From positions 1 through 29,086 of IMG/VR virus record IMGVR_UViG_3300020440_000062: DNA of 29,086 bases; one strand, 5' to 3'. The DNA comes from a virus. Lineage: Duplodnaviria; Caudoviricetes. A program made the position numbers and the translations under genes. The notes beneath the pieces are model-generated. The model made no database searches, was not told the DNA's origin, and worked only from the letters and a program-made list of their open reading frames with translations. Shown here piece by piece: positions 27,901 through 29,086 of the stretch (its first letter is position 1; each line of letters starts with the position of its first letter).

Positions 27901-29086
27901 CAGACGGAGCGATGTCACACAATGAAAATACAAGAATTGACAAACAAGTTCAGTATGAATATGAACTAGATTCACTTGACCTCACTGTGGGACAACACGT
28001 CAAGGTTACCACAAGTTCTGGAGGCGGATGGAAAGTATTCATGAAAACCGCAACTGGCTGGGAAAATGTTGCAACGCAAAATGGAACTATACAAATTTCA
28101 TCTGATGTATATGATTACACAATTTCCTCATCAGGATTTGCAGGAACAGATACATTTGACACAAACTTCTATGATGATGAGCCAACAGCAGAAACTAGGA
28201 ATATATTGACCGCATTGAGAGACGATATTTTCGTTGGTGATTTGGAAAAGGAATACAATACAATATTCTTTATTGGATTGAGATATGTTTTATCAGAGCA
28301 GACTTATGTTGATTGGTTAAGCAAGACCTCATTTTTAAATATCACAAATAGTTTAAGGCCATTGAATCAAAGAAAATCTTATTCTACTGGCAAAGATGAT
28401 TATGTGGAAAAATACATCAGCGAGGTCAAACCTTATTCAACTAAAGTAAGGGAATACAAATTAAAATATACAAGTGATGAAACATTAAAAGGTTTGAATA
28501 CGGACTTTGATTTGCCTCCATTCTACGATGTAACACAGGCAAAAACTAGGCCAATAGAAACATCTGGTGTAAACGACCAAACTAAACTCACAGAGTTTCC
28601 TTGGAACACGTGGAAGCAATATCATACAAAATACATCAAGAGTATTACAATTACAAAAAGCGGATCTGGTTATCAGACGACACCAACTGTATCTTTTATT
28701 GGTGGTGTAGAAGAAGAAACAGGTCCTTACACTCTATTAGGTAGAAGTAATTCGGGTACCACTAGTGGTACTTACGGATATTTTTATCCATTATACACAC
28801 AACAAGTAAATGCCAACATTGCTGATCAACAGAATGGTGGTACAGGCAGTTCACATTCACACACATTTGAAGAATATCCAAATAGAACTTTTTATATGCC
28901 AGACAGCATGATGAATCATGGCGTTGCAACAGATCCAGGCACATACAAAATTTTTGCTGAAGGAACACAAACTCACGCAACAGCGACGGCGGTGGTGTCT
29001 GACGGAAAATTACAAAAAATTAACATAACAACAAATGGCGTTGGATATACAACTACCCCACAAATTATTTTGACTGGTGGAAGAAA
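18933..29086 (+). CDS. Giant multidomain virion/baseplate protein (>3380 aa, 3'-partial; gp7-like position)
   Basis: ATG 18933 overlaps the gp6 TAA (TAATG): MADYSNPNSTQNFEVV...; spot translations stay in this frame to the window end, and the track lists no stop-terminated ORF in it. Contains a cupredoxin-like motif, seven FG-GAP-like blades and GxGYxTxP repeats. Confidence 0.9.
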   Translation, partial: MADYSNPNSTQNFEVVTEGDNFTLRRSIAHLPAFYRTPANEKFLTSTIDPLIQKGQLKRLDGYTGRLDAYTRTKNDTYLDATTTDRTAYQLEQTVTYIDKDTTSINPEDQIKFTGTYDDFLNQLKYFNVPLNNHDRITKEKTYGWNPAVDLDKLINYREYYWLPTGPNLVNISTVGKNTEVEYDVSTITEDGSSVRGYVFGHKKNEQNPTITLYRGNTYKFNIDAPGHPFNLMTEPVNTGVAEDGSTSIIYSDGVTNNGTDKGTVTFTVPTSAPNSLFYQCGNHANMHGIFLIKTVDDNTLMDPTNDIVGVKNYKTSKIKFTNGLKIKFGTAVVNDQKETYADKEFYVEGVGSNITLTPTEDLLVPESYSKLTTIPFDNYGYDQRPYAKAFYLPETPDYITIKRDSIDQNAWSRYNRWFHKSVIEDIAKANDATAEIDETARAQRPIIEFDSNLKLFNFGTVAKKSVTLVDSVTTDAFSTIVNQGGYYIDGIQVSDGMRVLFTADEDSLVKNKIFRIKVLTIQGESRLSLQLEETSDTSPLEGESVYVEFGAKHQGKTYYYTEKAGPNKNEKKWELSQEKTKLNQQPKFDLFDADGISFSDDTVYLSNNFVGSEIFNYATSTAAVSDTVLGFKVKYNTVNNTGDIVFESDYNKGSFTYKPGDEFLTKKYSTGFLHVTKNVSQYDNRVNWIETETESKQRVKRTFFATEKEKKIFPIDFYKGSASLTDIEVSVKVNGIFKTLDTDYTLVNGTSTKFVKFTEDLLVNDIVTIYGYSATDKVSKKGIYEIPDSLSNNPLNSTLESFTYGQIANHLSNVISKNTDVTGTVPGVSNIRDFPDAYRKGGMIQQHSGSMPTAVFNLIDKEANFISALDYTRREYEKFKEKFLSFSTSETYEGDPVTHVDNILTEIAKKQTSAFPFYYEDMLGWGETYSKREYTVMDSLETSYALDSQHSITSLSNRAVYVYLNKVQLCHGEDYTFSTTDDSVTILKTLAEGDTLEIRDYGDTTGSFVPVTPAKLGLRPKYKPESVSDNSYLTTQTMIIGHDGSRTKAYGDFRDDILLELEKRIYNNIKVAYNKEDAEANDIIPSAFAKTDYSLAESNGIIAKDFYKWSGNNNIDYRINDVFLDAGQFTWNYSFSKDINGENAPGHWRGIYQYYFDTQRPHQTPWEMLGYSEKPTGWDARYGVAPYTSGNEVLWDDLERGYDYVQNKVIDRYARPNLKQYLPVNENGTLVSPIQSQTVNGFTRQNINGFWKFGDHGPAETAWRNSSSYQFSLVKLQALANPVKFFGIKFDPSRLTKNVADNFVSTETNLRQRLVDSRYHLETITNDVTGAVTRYQTAGFQPMTVNYLIGKNQDPAIYFYDKMKNLNVQLSYKLGGFTAKDNLRILTDSLSPGSTSGSQFVPSENYHVAFRASNPVKSYYYSGLLIEKNSAITSDGSTVAPGYRVLGYDSENPYFNVYAPIQNTNRSILKTGKATAIKYSDFVDFVQEVPYGTVFSTAQEVIDFIIGYEKYLISQGFRFNSWSSELGATLNWTTSAKEFLYWTTQGWGPGSAIVLSPGASGFQLETKNVAIGKLQDVYGNYSAVDAGGRSISVKDLSTKRGRNNFELTVRNEELGLYGINLHAVEKEHILIFDNKTVFNDIIFDISTGYRQQRLKLIGWKTDNWSGDFFAPGFVFDNAKVSAWTANTDYLLGDNVEYNAKFYVAKVNHNSGTKFDIEVWTKKDKKPEAKLYPNFDYRISQFNDFYGLETNNFDSAQEKLAQHLTGYQSRDYLENLFKNEVSQYKFYQGFVREKGTENALNKLVKAKFLDEDIDLSIYPEWMIKQGEFGNTDSDKAIQIKLPDTSVLTDPVSIEMFDSDADTKQYDRSFGVSKDDLYEKPLEFTASTAFGRYDYANGIDKDNVQFYKTAGYPRLDDVQHTAFNIADILNLDVNQLTKNDLIWIANNESNDWDVQRVFATRKQVKSIASINNDTQLQFEFTGNHDLSLNSKITQYVMISDSQYSDINKVFAVTSVPSNTSIIVDYDGPKIGAIQNLKDGSSVSTYGNLSKFQSVRFDTIDNIYDRISFNDFRNKDTVNSIPGDKIFIDSNTAGKWNVYEKVVPTVNNTITSPNLSSNSQNFGWQTVARDDGKYVAISAPDDTQGKVHFFFRKSVTAGTQFGLNRSFSLTSNNDATSRCGYSMSISTDDNWLFAGAPYYNIDEDGSTVHEDQGALQSFQWDPVRQQYTEKALIHAPHNDSTNRVGANFGWSHASAELATNEKYLFVGAPGFNTDEGQVFVYKWSVGADGSTYDTWTEVGTPITAGSPTSSDRFGHKVVTNDNGDIVAISAVSSSTAGRVEIFVRGGSSNDGSTKPTWTRVQTLQTVASDGSSMNNQFGADMSMSKDGKTLVISAPGAEVEDGSTGTFQNDAGKVFVYQWNLDGSTNQYTQTQSILPPSKKSNIKFGSSVHINKTGNRIAIGSEGKDNPRRMLFDSGETTFDLQDTNIVDMNKQSGSVFVATKYNTKFIIDEEKITNNVSGLDAFGKSVHMLDNSLFIGSPQDDVGATDDGSVAHFDTSVSDKHGWTQLREETNFIDNRKISSAFIFDRSKNTILDYIQYYDPIKGQIFGLADKELKYKTTWDPASYNYNPTGSNQSKTAWGEEHIGETWWDLSKVKWVWYEQGDQEYKTKNWGKIFPGSSIDVYEWVESTLLPSEWNNQADTTNGLSNRISGMPLDPTNNSFTVKQKYDSKKNEFINYYYYWVKGSVFVPGIGKTVFERNNSTAIISNLLTNPKLSGLKYFGVSDQNKIILYNVKYLLQDDNIVFNINYKTNTGDASRHQVWKIFAEGDPQIRPSTEIESKWWDSLVGHDASGNVVPDKSLPVNRRYGTLLRPRQSWYVNRFKALKEIIGYTNTILKAKQLVGTISFTNLNLDDPQPTATSGEYDGTVATYEDLGYLNTADFSGKVKYLVTADENIGGLWAIHEWSGTEWTRIKVQTYKTSKYWTYADWYKTDGAMSHNENTRIDKQVQYEYELDSLDLTVGQHVKVTTSSGGGWKVFMKTATGWENVATQNGTIQISSDVYDYTISSSGFAGTDTFDTNFYDDEPTAETRNILTALRDDIFVGDLEKEYNTIFFIGLRYVLSEQTYVDWLSKTSFLNITNSLRPLNQRKSYSTGKDDYVEKYISEVKPYSTKVREYKLKYTSDETLKGLNTDFDLPPFYDVTQAKTRPIETSGVNDQTKLTEFPWNTWKQYHTKYIKSITITKSGSGYQTTPTVSFIGGVEEETGPYTLLGRSNSGTTSGTYGYFYPLYTQQVNANIADQQNGGTGSSHSHTFEEYPNRTFYMPDSMMNHGVATDPGTYKIFAEGTQTHATATAVVSDGKLQKINITTNGVGYTTTPQIILTGGR
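19554..19812 (+). other. Cupredoxin-like domain within the giant protein
   Basis: NPTITLYRGNTYKFNIDAPGHPF...VTFTVPTSAPNSLFYQCGNHANMHG; H 19614, C 19773, H 19782, M 19791. Confidence 0.6.
25284..26591 (+). repeat. Seven FG-GAP-like repeats (beta-propeller) within the giant protein
   Basis: FGWQ..VAISAP, CGYS..LFAGAP, FGWS..LFVGAP, FGHK..VAISAV, FGAD..LVISAP, FGSS..IAIGSE, FGKS..LFIGSP, each followed by a GxVxxF/Y-like strand. Confidence 0.75.

Noticed and set aside
28756-28771. Perfect 16-bp palindrome GTACCACTAGTGGTAC
   Set aside because: Inside a CDS and single copy; a palindrome of this length is not improbable by chance in 29 kb.
5371-28980. Remaining short ORFs antisense to, or out of frame within, gp46, gp47, gp55, the baseplate genes and the giant ORF
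   Set aside because: All overlap well-supported genes and show no motifs or start signals.

Overview
Fragment of a large, AT-rich dsDNA tailed-phage genome with T4-superfamily (myovirus, probably jumbo-type) gene content. Left to right: a tape-measure-like gene running off the left edge (minus strand, missing from the ORF track); a divergent gp26/gp51-like tail/baseplate chaperone pair joined by an in-phase -1 slippery site; an ATP-grasp-like gene; a ~400-nt GC-enriched, highly structured non-coding element with its own sigma70-type promoter (minus strand); a stand-alone GIY-YIG nuclease; an Hc1-like basic protein; a gp55-gp47-gp46 operon (late sigma factor, Mre11/Rad50-like nuclease); and a contractile-tail baseplate module (tube initiator, gp53-like, hub, gp5-like spike, unknown, gp25, gp6). 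The module ends in a giant ORF of more than 3380 codons that runs off the right edge (also missing from the track). TATAAATA late promoters precede the structural blocks. The best candidate for an undescribed system is the structured RNA/origin-like element at ~4100-4555 and its neighbours. All calls are from reading the sequence by eye; no database searches were run.
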